Positions 21,719 to 30,878 of a stretch of 64,000 nucleotides of DNA are shown here, piece after piece; positions within the stretch are counted from its first letter, which is position 1; each line of letters opens with the position of its first letter. Origin of the DNA: Gammaproteobacteria bacterium (lineage in GTDB: Bacteria > Pseudomonadota > Gammaproteobacteria > RBG-16-57-12). The position numbers and the translations under genes were made by a program. Location of the stretch: the NCBI GenBank assembly GCA_022712945.1, contig JAFLJP010000104.1, positions 144 through 64,143 of the forward strand, written 5' to 3'. A model generated the notes under the pieces. The model was not told the origin of the DNA, made no database searches, and worked only from the letters and a program-made list of their open reading frames with translations.

Positions 21719-22428
21719 AGTATCGTCAACGGCTGGGCGGTGGCTTGCAGGCGTCTCTGCTCTCCGGCAAATATGGCCATATTCCACATATTTTTCAGGG
21801 CATTTCTACCGGTGTGCTGAATCAGCGCAGCAATGCGTTCAGCTCCGTAGGCCACATTGCCCACCACCACTTGTGGCTGACTCTCATAGTAACTACCCCA
21901 AATTCCTTGGGGCTCAGGCAAGCGCTCAATTGTTGCCTCAGCGATGGGTTGCAGCTGAATGCCCAATTTGGCAAAGCTGTTAATCACCCTTGGAACCGCC
22001 GTAAATACCGCCCACTCGGTACCCGCGCCTAAAAAGTAGGCATTCAGTGCCATAAAAAGATAACGTGCCGCACCAGGAGGCGCTGCGGCCAAATTGCCCA
22101 CCTCAACAATACGTTGGCGAGAGATGGGACGCTGAAACTGTTCAGCCAATATTTGTTCTAGGGGTGCATCCAGGTAACACTCTAAAAACAGTGGCGAATG
22201 ATCATCCGCATGGCAGAGACCTAATGCCGCTTCGATCTTTTCACCACGCCGCACCGCCATCAATTGAGGCAAAAAATGGTCTATTTCAGCCCCATAGGCG
22301 TATTTGAAAGCGTCATAAATAAACCCTTCGACCACCTCCCGTGAGCGGTGTTTCTGGGGGTACAACTGAATGGCAATATCAGGCAGTGTCTGCTGATATT
22401 TATCAGGTTGGGAAAGTGGTTGAGTCAT
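21715..22428 (-). CDS. 'Thermostable hemolysin' (delta-VPH) family protein, probable GNAT-like acyltransferase
   Basis: AYGAEIDHFLP, LFLECYLD, RIVEVGNLA, WAVFTA, WGSYY. Confidence 0.8.
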   Translation of the reverse strand: MTQPLSQPDKYQQTLPDIAIQLYPQKHRSREVVEGFIYDAFKYAYGAEIDHFLPQLMAVRRGEKIEAALGLCHADDHSPLFLECYLDAPLEQILAEQFQRPISRQRIVEVGNLAAAPPGAARYLFMALNAYFLGAGTEWAVFTAVPRVINSFAKLGIQLQPIAEATIERLPEPQGIWGSYYESQPQVVVGNVAYGAERIAALIQHTGRNALKNMWNMAIFAGEQRRLQATAQPLTIL

Positions 22429-22491
22429 CGCTAAGTCTCCTGCAACCCGAAGGTCTTCTCTGAACTTAGCGCCTACCGTAGCAAAACAGGA

Positions 22492-22530
22492 GTGAAGGCC
22501 CCGTCAAGGGTGTGTGAAGATTTCGTGAAG
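22492..22530 (-). promoter_or_regulatory. Four 11-bp-phased direct repeats, probable OmpR/ColR-type binding site
   Basis: GT(G/C)AAG at 22492, 22503, 22514 and 22525 (CTT(C/G)AC on the minus strand), upstream of the 22428 start. Confidence 0.7.
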
Positions 22531-22564
22531 ATTCGCCTTTTTTACCGAATTATGCGAATTATTA

Positions 22565-23839
22565 CTATTTTTGCGGGAAAGAGATCGTAACTGAAGTGCC
22601 TTTTCCTGGGGTGCTGTTCACCTTAACCATCCATTGATAGTGTTCACAAATGCGCTGCACAATCGACAGGCCAATGCCGCGCCCCTGGTGCAGGCGGGCA
22701 CGCTCACTGCGGTAGTGGCGCTGGAAAATACGCTGTTGCTCCTCTTCAGGAATACCCGGCCCACTATCAATCACCGAGACCGATTTAGCATCACCCCGAA
22801 TCCAGATATCACCCAGCTCGGTGTAGATGGCCGCGTTACGAAACAGGTTGCTCAACACAATCGACAACGGTGCCTTGGGTACCTCCAGCTGCACCGACTC
22901 AATCTCACAATGCAGCATGATCGGCTTATCCTTCAGTAGGTGCTCGTTCTGTTCAAACACCTCGTTGACCACATCCTGCAACCCACAGCTGACACCCACC
23001 TCATCCTGCGAGTGGTTACGTGCCAGCATCAGCAACACCTCAACCATCTGCGACATGCGCTGGCTGGCTCGCGCAATGCGTGCCACCTGGCTCCTGGCCT
23101 TTCCAGGCAACTCTGGGTTATCGATCAACAACTCAGCCGCACCGTGAATAATCGCCAAGGGTGTGCGTAACTCATGGCTGGCATTGTCAGTAAACTCCTG
23201 TTCACGGGAGATAACCTGCTCAATACGCTGCAAATATTGATCAAAGGTCAGCGCCAACTGCCCCACCTCATCCTTGGCATAGCCACTGGCAATTCGAGGA
23301 GAGTTGCGACTGTCGGCTGGCATATTCGCCAACTGACGAGCCAGGTTGGCCACCGGTAAAATCACCCGCCCAGAGAGCGCTTTTCCCACCCACAATCCCA
23401 GCAACGGGCCAATGATGCAGATAATAATCAGCGCCCAGTGCAGCGCAATCTCCCGCGCTTCAAAATCGGTCACATCCTTAATAATATAGACACGACCATT
23501 CTGCACATCAGAGACCTGAACATAGTAATGCTTGTTACCCAGTTCAAACTCACCCAAGCCAATAGAGAGCGACTGGAGATAGTCTGGCAACCACGATTGA
23601 TCATCCAGTGAGGCGTAATAACGGGTGATATAGGCGCTGGGCCGAGTGACACTGTCCAAGGACTGTTTGGGGTTTTGCTGAAAGTTGACTAGCTCGCTGG
23701 TGAGGCTCTCCTCAATCACGCTGGACTCCATGCTCTCGATCGCCACATACACCACCAGTGCAATAAACAGCGTCAGCACCACACTGAACAGGAAAAACGA
23801 GATCATGATGCGGTTGCTGAGGCTTTGGTTATACGGCAT
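22565..23839 (-). CDS. ColS-like sensor histidine kinase
   Basis: Two TM helices, HAMP, ASHELRTPL, NLFRNA, DSGPGI, GIGLSIV; FEARE (ExxE) motif just before TM2. Confidence 0.88.
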   Translation of the reverse strand: MPYNQSLSNRIMISFFLFSVVLTLFIALVVYVAIESMESSVIEESLTSELVNFQQNPKQSLDSVTRPSAYITRYYASLDDQSWLPDYLQSLSIGLGEFELGNKHYYVQVSDVQNGRVYIIKDVTDFEAREIALHWALIIICIIGPLLGLWVGKALSGRVILPVANLARQLANMPADSRNSPRIASGYAKDEVGQLALTFDQYLQRIEQVISREQEFTDNASHELRTPLAIIHGAAELLIDNPELPGKARSQVARIARASQRMSQMVEVLLMLARNHSQDEVGVSCGLQDVVNEVFEQNEHLLKDKPIMLHCEIESVQLEVPKAPLSIVLSNLFRNAAIYTELGDIWIRGDAKSVSVIDSGPGIPEEEQQRIFQRHYRSERARLHQGRGIGLSIVQRICEHYQWMVKVNSTPGKGTSVTISFPQK

Positions 23840-24530
23840 CACTTTTCGCCAACCGCAGACCGATACCATGCAGGGTGTGAATCAGCGGGGTTTCAAACGG
23901 CTTATCCACCGCATTGCGCAAACTATAAAGGTGGGCACGCAACACATCACTATCTGGCGGTGAATCCTGCCATAAAGAGTCTTCGATCTGCTGGCGAGTC
24001 ACTACATTCGGTGTATTACGGATTAGCAGATCCAAAATTTTCAGCGAGGTTGGTGGTAAGTTAATCAACTTTCCGGCACGTTTAACTTCGAAGGTTTTGG
24101 TGTTAAAGGTCAGATCCGCCACTTGCAACAGCCCAAGGTCATGACAAACACCGTGACGGCGGGCGAGAATACCAAGGCGCACCAGTAACTCCTCCAGTGC
24201 AAACGGCTTGACCAGATAATCGTCTGCACCACTTTCAAAACCACTCATTTTGTCATTCAAGGTATCTTTTGCTGTCAACATTAATACCGGGGTACTTTTA
24301 TTTGCCTCTTCGCGCAGCTTTTTGCACGCGGTATAGCCGTCCATTCCCGGCATCATCACATCCATAATGATCACATCATAACTGTTGGTAATGGCTAAAT
24401 GCAGACCCGTCACCCCATCCCGTGCCACATCCGGGATATGCCCCTTGGCCTCAAGATAATCAAATAGGTTCGCAGAAAGATCCGCATCATCCTCAACAAT
24501 TAAAATTCGCATCGGGCTAATCGGTTTCAT
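23829..24530 (-). CDS. ColR-like OmpR-family response regulator
   Basis: ILIVEDD, DGVTGLHLA, GADDYLVKPF, PDSDVLRAH..LRNAVDKPF..PLIHT. Confidence 0.9.
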   Translation of the reverse strand: MKPISPMRILIVEDDADLSANLFDYLEAKGHIPDVARDGVTGLHLAITNSYDVIIMDVMMPGMDGYTACKKLREEANKSTPVLMLTAKDTLNDKMSGFESGADDYLVKPFALEELLVRLGILARRHGVCHDLGLLQVADLTFNTKTFEVKRAGKLINLPPTSLKILDLLIRNTPNVVTRQQIEDSLWQDSPPDSDVLRAHLYSLRNAVDKPFETPLIHTLHGIGLRLAKSDAV

Positions 24531-24572
24531 GGCACCTCGTAAGCGGTCACAGCTACGCTGGTTTTCACAATA

Positions 24573-24887
24573 TTAGTGGCTGCTGTTAACCATATAATCA
24601 ACAGCCTCTTTCATCTGCTCTTCAGTACACTCATCACACAACCCCATTGGCGGCATCGCATTTACGCCGTAAATGGCCGCATTATAGAGCGCCTCCATCC
24701 CTTTTTCAGTGCGTGATGCCCAATGTTCAACATCACCAAACTGTGGTACATCCTGCATTCCGGTGCCGTGACAGATAAAGCAGTATTCATTATAGGTCTC
24801 TCTTCCCGGCTCAGCCGCGTGAAGTTGGGCTGCATTCAGCAACATGATTAAAACTAACATGCAAAACAAACTAAAATAGCCCCGCAC
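24573..24887 (-). CDS. Cytochrome c5-family protein
   Basis: Signal peptide, CFICH heme motif, MPPMGLCDEC. Confidence 0.88.
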   Translation of the reverse strand: MRGYFSLFCMLVLIMLLNAAQLHAAEPGRETYNEYCFICHGTGMQDVPQFGDVEHWASRTEKGMEALYNAAIYGVNAMPPMGLCDECTEEQMKEAVDYMVNSSH

Positions 24888-25031
24888 TCTAACACCCCCT
24901 AATTAAAAACATGGCCAACACCCGTATCGCTCCCCTATCATCTGACAATTCAGATCAACTTGCCACAAGTGGCTGATAAGAAAAACCACAAATCCAATAC
25001 CAAAAACATCAAATAAAGCTGACCTGTTCCA

Positions 25032-25058
25032 CTAAATTTTTCTACCACTTGCCGATAA
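25032..25058 (+). promoter_or_regulatory. Putative sigma-28 (FliA) promoter
   Basis: CTAAAT-N13-GCCGATAA upstream of the CBS gene; the -10 element is perfect. Confidence 0.5.
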
Positions 25059-25126
25059 AGCAGCATATGCTACATTAACTGGCTAGATGCTGGGCACTGC
25101 GAAATAACACTCGAGAGAATAAACCT

Positions 25127-25588
25127 ATGATGAAAATAAGCCACTTGCTCCAGAATAAATCTGGCGACTCCGTTTCCGTCAGTCCCGATGAGGGTCTGAT
25201 CCGAGCAGCTGAAGTAATGGTCAAGAATCATATCGGGTCACTTGTCGTCTATCGAGGCGATGAGCTTATCAGCATTGTATCAGAACGTGATGTGATGCGA
25301 ACCGTAGGGAAACATGGCGATAATATCAGCGATATTACAGTTGCTGATGTGATGGCAAAAGAGTTGATCACTTGCGACATTGATGACAGTATCAATGATG
25401 CAATGGATATGATGCTCAACAACGCCACCGGTTCCCGCATCCGTCATCTACCGGTATTAAATGAAGGCAAGTTTGTGGGTGTCATCTCGATGAGCGATAT
25501 TATCGAAACACTGCTTGCACAGACAAAACTGGAAAATAACCTGCTGAAAAACTACATTCAAAACTGGCCGGAAGAAGAAGAAAAATAA
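25127..25588 (+). CDS. CBS-pair domain protein
   Basis: HIGSLVV, IVSERD, VADVM, RIRHLPV, GVISMSD. Confidence 0.9.
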   Translation: MMKISHLLQNKSGDSVSVSPDEGLIRAAEVMVKNHIGSLVVYRGDELISIVSERDVMRTVGKHGDNISDITVADVMAKELITCDIDDSINDAMDMMLNNATGSRIRHLPVLNEGKFVGVISMSDIIETLLAQTKLENNLLKNYIQNWPEEEEK

Positions 25589-25618
25589 AAACCATGCCAC
25601 ACTTGCAGTGATTTTTCG

Positions 25619-25643
25619 AAACCCCTTAAATGGGGTTTTTTAT
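25619..25643 (+). terminator. Intrinsic terminator
   Basis: AAACCCC-TTAAAT-GGGGTTT followed by a T tract. Confidence 0.7.
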
Positions 25644-25889
25644 TGCCTCAACACACTGAAACGCTAACCCATCTCACTCCGATTTGAAGGGCGAAGTTTC
25701 AACTGGTTTTTTTACAATGCAATGTCACAAAACAGTTCAGATTTAATCCACCGTAAAAAGCTGTTTTTCATTGCATTATCATTTAAAGCAGCTAATCTCA
25801 TTACGCAGACTCTTAAAAATAATAATAGTAGCGGGGGTTGTTAAAACAAAAGAAGTCCCATGATTACAACGATTTATAGGAGTGATGAT

Positions 25890-26060
25890 ATGGACAACTC
25901 AGTCAATCTCGGCGGATTAACAGGGCTGCTTAATGACTACCCTGAAGATATGCACGAACTGTTAGTCGAAATGCGAAATCAGGATGAAAATAAAAACCAG
26001 CCGCAGGAGCATATAAGCTCACCACCACCGGCAAAGCAAGTGGCTCACCATCCCGAATAG
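25890..26060 (+). CDS. Small hypothetical protein (56 aa)
   Basis: AGGAG RBS 7 nt before ATG; no recognisable domain. Confidence 0.45.
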   Translation: MDNSVNLGGLTGLLNDYPEDMHELLVEMRNQDENKNQPQEHISSPPPAKQVAHHPE

Positions 26061-26117
26061 CGACACAATTTAACTCAAACAGATAACAACATAACCCAGC
26101 AAATGGGTTATGTTGTT

Positions 26118-26380
26118 AGTACATCAACCACTTTATATTGGCGGATCAGTTGTTCTGTCTGTTTTCGTGGCAAGGCGTGCTTTGCAGGGAATGGTGTTCC
26201 CTTCACAAGAAGCACGACGCCGCCACGGAAGCAGACAGAGCAACCCTTCGGGCGATCCTGTGGCATTCCGCCTCGGCGTTACAGCCCTTACCAAGGGAAT
26301 AAACCATTGTCTGCGAGCTGTGCCTTGATGCGAAATGCCACAGGGTCGCTGACCCGTCAATATAAAGTGGTTGATATACT
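26118..26380. mobile_element. MITE-like element, family G (~32-bp TIRs, two internal hairpin arms)
   Basis: AGTACATCAACCACTTTATATTGGCGGATCAG ... CTGACCCGTCAATATAAAGTGGTTGATATACT. Confidence 0.85.
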
Positions 26381-26383
26381 GGC

Positions 26384-27220
26384 ATGTTAGTTGAACTCTA
26401 CCACTACCTCACCACACCCTGCTCCCGTACCCATCGCCGCCTTGGCTATCTCACCGACCTACTGGGTCTTCAGGCACGCTACCGCCGCATAGGGGATCAT
26501 TGGCAACAACACCTCGACAACAGCCGCCGCTTAATACTGCAATCAGCACAACAGTGTACCCGACACAACAAGGTCACCATTATCGGCTCCGGGCTGTTAT
26601 TAGACACTCCTCTAACGCAACTCAGCACGCTATTCAATGAAGTCATATTGATTGATGTCATTCAATCTCGTGCCATACGTCAACACTGCAAACAACTGGG
26701 CAATGTCACCCCGGTGGAGCATGACATTACCGGTCTGGCTGAATCACTTATCGGTAATAACACCCGCAACAATACAAACAACACACTACCAACCTCTGTC
26801 GCCCGCCTACCAAAAGCCGCACTGGCAAGTGACTTAATCATCAGCTGCAACCTGCTCACTCAGCTGGCCCACACACCCAGCCACTATTTGATGAAAAAAC
26901 AGGGCTGGCATGAGGATGATCCGCAGCTTCAGCAGTGGCAACGGGCAATCATGGCCGAACACCTGTCACTACTCGCGCAGCAAGATGGTCAGTGCTGTCT
27001 GATTTGTGATACCCACCACGAATATCACGATAAATCAGGCGATGTGATAGAGCAGCAACAGCGACTACTCGGGCTGTCACTGGGAGAAGCAGACCAACAG
27101 TGGCAATGGCCAATTGCCCCATTGGGTGAATTTGACAAGCAGCACCAACTACTGGCCACTGTGCAAGGATTCTGCAACTGGTCAGCTACGACTAGCAATC
27201 CCCCTCAAGATTCGCAATAA
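26384..27220 (+). CDS. Hypothetical protein, possible class I SAM-methyltransferase-like fold
   Basis: 278-aa ORF; VTIIGSG, VILIDV, HDITG resemble Rossmann strands; function is inferred only. Confidence 0.6.
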   Translation: MLVELYHYLTTPCSRTHRRLGYLTDLLGLQARYRRIGDHWQQHLDNSRRLILQSAQQCTRHNKVTIIGSGLLLDTPLTQLSTLFNEVILIDVIQSRAIRQHCKQLGNVTPVEHDITGLAESLIGNNTRNNTNNTLPTSVARLPKAALASDLIISCNLLTQLAHTPSHYLMKKQGWHEDDPQLQQWQRAIMAEHLSLLAQQDGQCCLICDTHHEYHDKSGDVIEQQQRLLGLSLGEADQQWQWPIAPLGEFDKQHQLLATVQGFCNWSATTSNPPQDSQ

Positions 27221-27260
27221 TCCCCTCCTCCACCTCATTCAACAAGTAAAGGGTCTTCCC

Positions 27261-28187
27261 ATGTGGTTCAATAATCTACAGCTATTTCGCCTTACCAAAT
27301 CCTTTGACCTGAGCAATGAAGCACTGGAAGAGAAGCTGGCCGCCCATGCCTTCCAACCCTGTGGAAGTTTGCAACCCAGCAGCTTTGGCTGGGTATCGCC
27401 CCTTGGGCGTGATGGAAAAATGCTAAGCCACAGCGTCAACGGCTACACCATGATCTGCGCACGCAAAGAAGAAAAAATCATTCCCGCTTCGGTCATTAAA
27501 GAGATTGTTAACGACAAAGCGGCAGCCATTGAGGCAGAACAGGGACGAGCGGTACGCCGTAAAGAGCGCCAAGAGATACATGATGAGGTGGTCTTTGAAC
27601 TCATGCCCAAAGCCTTCAGCCGCTCCAGCCACACCTACGCCTATATTGCCCCCAAAGAGAACCTGATTGTTGTCAATGCTGCCAGCGCCAAAAAAGCCGA
27701 AGAGCTGGTAAGCGAGCTTCGCAATGCCCTGGAATCACTGCCGGCTGTTCATCCGGCACTGCAACAGGCACCGGCATCAATAATGACCCAATGGTTAACC
27801 AGCAAAACCGCCCCTGATGATGTGGTTATTCAAGATGAGTGTGAACTGCGTGAACCCACTGAAGAGGGTGGCATTATCCGCTGCAAGCGACAAGATCTGA
27901 TGGGTGATGAGATTCAGGTACACCTGAATGCGGGCAAAGAGGTGGTCAAACTGGCCATCGAGTGGAATGAACAACTCACCTGTATCATTGGTGATGACCT
28001 CTCTATCAAGCGCCTGCGTTTCGCAGATGAAATTCTGGAAAAGAGCGACAATATTGGTGCCGATGATGCCGCCGCCGCTTTTGATAATGACTTCACCGTG
28101 ATGACCCTGGCACTAGCACATTTCATCCCCCGTCTACTGGAGCTGTTTGGGGGTGAAGATAAAAGCGCTTACGCTGAAAAAATATAA
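27261..28187 (+). CDS. rdgC: Recombination-associated protein RdgC
   Basis: MWFNNLQLFRL, FGWVSPLG, EEKIIPASV, LMPKAF, DLSIKRLRF. Confidence 0.95.
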   Translation: MWFNNLQLFRLTKSFDLSNEALEEKLAAHAFQPCGSLQPSSFGWVSPLGRDGKMLSHSVNGYTMICARKEEKIIPASVIKEIVNDKAAAIEAEQGRAVRRKERQEIHDEVVFELMPKAFSRSSHTYAYIAPKENLIVVNAASAKKAEELVSELRNALESLPAVHPALQQAPASIMTQWLTSKTAPDDVVIQDECELREPTEEGGIIRCKRQDLMGDEIQVHLNAGKEVVKLAIEWNEQLTCIIGDDLSIKRLRFADEILEKSDNIGADDAAAAFDNDFTVMTLALAHFIPRLLELFGGEDKSAYAEKI

Positions 28188-28200
28188 AATCTTGTCACTC

Positions 28201-28361
28201 AGGGATGTAGAAGAAGTTAAAGTACCGTTATTACGCCGGATTTTTGTTCACCCTCTCTAGGCCGGTATTGGGCGCATAGTAAGCTACGCAACGAATACCG
28301 GCCTAGAGAGGGTGGGCAAAAAGACAAGTAAGAGCGGTATTTTAATAAATTCTACATCCCT
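28201..28361. mobile_element. MITE-like element, family D
   Basis: AGGGATGTAGAA ... TTCTACATCCCT; internal perfect stem CACCCTCTCTAGGCCGGTATT / AATACCGGCCTAGAGAGGGTG; half copy at 47403. Confidence 0.82.
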
Positions 28362-28423
28362 CGGGGAACTCAAGGGTACAACAAAAGACAAACCCTAAAC
28401 TGCTTATGGAAGGTTGACTGACA

Positions 28424-29383
28424 ATGCCACACAATCAAGTACAACAACTGCGGGAACATATCCAGCAACATATTGTGGGACAATCGAGTCTCATTGAACG
28501 CCTGTTGATTGCACTGCTTGCCGACGGCCATCTGTTGGTAGAAGGAGCGCCGGGATTAGCCAAAACCACCGCCATCAAAGCGCTGGCAGGAGGACTGGAG
28601 GCGGATTTCCACCGGGTACAATTTACCCCGGACCTGCTGCCTGCCGACCTAATTGGCACCGAAATCTACCGTCCACAGGAGGGGAGTTTTCACTTCCAGC
28701 AGGGGCCACTGTTCCACAATTTGGTATTAGCGGATGAGATCAACCGCTCCCCGGCCAAGGTACAATCGGCACTGCTGGAGGCGATGGCTGAGCGCCAGAT
28801 CACCGTCGGTCGTACTACCTACCCGCTACCTGAATTGTTTCTGGTGATGGCGACCCAAAACCCCATCGAGCAGGAGGGCACCTACCCGTTACCCGAGGCG
28901 CAACTGGATCGCTTCCTGATGCATGTGCGTATCGACTTCCCCAACGCGGAAGAGGAGATGGAGATTCTACGCCTCACCCGCAGCGAGGCGCTACAAAACA
29001 AGCCGTTAAAATCAGCAACACCGCTCACCCAAGAGTCGATTTTCAGTGCCCGTAAAGAGATTCTGCAACTGCACCTTACGGAGCCGCTGGAGCGTTATCT
29101 GGTGGAACTGATTATGGCCAGTCGCGAGCCGGGACGTTACGGTGATGACCTAGCCCAATGGGTGCAGTTTGGTGCCAGCCCCCGCGCTACCATGGCCCTG
29201 GATCGCTGCGCCCGCGCCCACGCTTGGCTACAAGGGCGTGACTATGTCTCGCCTGAAGATATTCACGCCATGGCTCACAATGTATTGCGCCATCGCATTC
29301 TGCTCAGTTTTGAAGCAGAGGCAGAAGGGATCACCAGCGACCAGCTGATCGACGAGCTGCTCAACCGGGTACCGGTACCGTAA
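28424..29383 (+). CDS. MoxR-family AAA+ ATPase
   Basis: EGAPGLAKT, QFTPDLLPAD, LADEINR, ATQNPIEQEGTYPLPEAQLDRF. Confidence 0.95.
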   Translation: MPHNQVQQLREHIQQHIVGQSSLIERLLIALLADGHLLVEGAPGLAKTTAIKALAGGLEADFHRVQFTPDLLPADLIGTEIYRPQEGSFHFQQGPLFHNLVLADEINRSPAKVQSALLEAMAERQITVGRTTYPLPELFLVMATQNPIEQEGTYPLPEAQLDRFLMHVRIDFPNAEEEMEILRLTRSEALQNKPLKSATPLTQESIFSARKEILQLHLTEPLERYLVELIMASREPGRYGDDLAQWVQFGASPRATMALDRCARAHAWLQGRDYVSPEDIHAMAHNVLRHRILLSFEAEAEGITSDQLIDELLNRVPVP

Positions 29384-29388
29384 CGACA

Positions 29389-30342
29389 ATGTGGGAGCTT
29401 AAAACAGAGCTGAAAAAACTGTTCAGCGGTACCGCAGCGTCAACACCTTCGACAAAAAAACCACTGCGATTGGCCAGAGAGACCCTGTTGGCGCTCCGCC
29501 ACCAAGCTAAGCTGTTAGCCAGCCAGAAACCGCGTCAGGTTCGCGCTGCCCAGTCGGGCGGTTACCTGTCACGTTTTCGTGGCCGGGGTACTGAATTTGA
29601 TGAGGTACGCCCCTATCAGCCGGGAGATGATACCCGCGATATCGACTGGCGTGTTTCGGCCCGCTCCGGGCGCACCTATACCAAGTTGTTTCGAGAAGAG
29701 CGGGAGTGCCCGCTATTAATCTCTCTGGATCTGCGCCGTCCGATGCACTTCGGCAGCCGGGTCACCTTTAAATCCTTCCAAGCGATGCAAGCGGTAGCAC
29801 TGCTGGCCTGGCTGGGTGAACACCGGGGTGATCGCATTGGCCTCTCACTATTCAATGAAAGCCAGCACCACGAGCTGCGCCCCAAACGTGGCCAAAAAGC
29901 GGTATTGCACCTCATCAACCTGATGTTGGAAAACCAGGTCGCCAGCAGCGAAAGCAAAGAGTGTTCACTGGAAAAACAACTTCTACGCCTGCAAACCATC
30001 AGCAAGGCGGGCAGTCGGCTCTATATTGTCAGCGACTTCCACGATCTGGATACTGCGGCTATTCAACGGCTGCGTAGTCTGGCCCGGCACAGTGAAGTGG
30101 TCTGCCTGTTTATCTATGATCCACTGGAATCACAACTCCCCAGCCGTGGTCACTACACCGTGAGTAATGGCCAGCAGCGCCTGACCCTGAACAGCAATGC
30201 CAAACTCGCCACCGCCTTTCACCAGCAGTTTGAACAGCGCCAGCAGACCCTGCAAGAGCTAGCACAGAGCCGGGTGATCAAGCTGGTGAGCATCGCCACC
30301 GACGAGATACTGTTTGATAAGTTAAGGGGGTTAGCGCAATGA
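29389..30342 (+). CDS. DUF58 protein
   Basis: GRGTEFDEVRPYQPGDDTRDIDWRVSAR. Confidence 0.92.
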   Translation: MWELKTELKKLFSGTAASTPSTKKPLRLARETLLALRHQAKLLASQKPRQVRAAQSGGYLSRFRGRGTEFDEVRPYQPGDDTRDIDWRVSARSGRTYTKLFREERECPLLISLDLRRPMHFGSRVTFKSFQAMQAVALLAWLGEHRGDRIGLSLFNESQHHELRPKRGQKAVLHLINLMLENQVASSESKECSLEKQLLRLQTISKAGSRLYIVSDFHDLDTAAIQRLRSLARHSEVVCLFIYDPLESQLPSRGHYTVSNGQQRLTLNSNAKLATAFHQQFEQRQQTLQELAQSRVIKLVSIATDEILFDKLRGLAQ

Positions 30343-30878
30343 ATACGCCGACGAGCAGCCCCACAACCCACTCTGTGACAGATTCTATAACAGATTCAGG
30401 CGATCCACTGGCCGCACTGCGCGACATTCACCTGCCCGAGCCGATCAGCTGGTGGCCACCGGCACCGGGCTGGTGGCTGCTGTCAGCCGCTTTGGTACTG
30501 CTTGTTTTGCTGGCCTGGTTCAGCTACCGCTGCTATCAACGTGGCGCAATCAAACGTGCAGCACTCAATGAATTGAGTCAGATAGCATCACACTACCGGG
30601 AGCACCCCCAACAACAGCTACAACTGCTCTCACAACTGCTGCGACGTGTGGCACTGGCGACCCAACCACGCAGTCGTGTCGCCGGGCTGAGCGAAGAGAC
30701 CTGGCTGGCCTTTCTCGACCACTTCACCGATCAACAGCAGTTTACTCAGGGTGTGGGGCGGGTGTTACTGCACGGCCCCTACCAGAAAGAGGTTGCCGAT
30801 TTTGATGCCGGGCCGCTGATCACCCTCTGCGGTGAGTGCATTAAAACGATGTTTAAGCGGGGGTCTCGCCATGTTTGA
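30339..30878 (+). CDS. DUF4381 membrane protein
   Basis: LRDIHLPEPISWWPPAPGWW. Confidence 0.9.
   Translation: MNTPTSSPTTHSVTDSITDSGDPLAALRDIHLPEPISWWPPAPGWWLLSAALVLLVLLAWFSYRCYQRGAIKRAALNELSQIASHYREHPQQQLQLLSQLLRRVALATQPRSRVAGLSEETWLAFLDHFTDQQQFTQGVGRVLLHGPYQKEVADFDAGPLITLCGECIKTMFKRGSRHV

Noticed and set aside
21715-22428. A true hemolysin virulence factor
   Set aside because: The family name is historical; there is no signal peptide and the context is a biosynthetic operon.
26103-26390. Four overlapping short ORFs
   Set aside because: All lie within palindromic element G and are by-products of its sequence.
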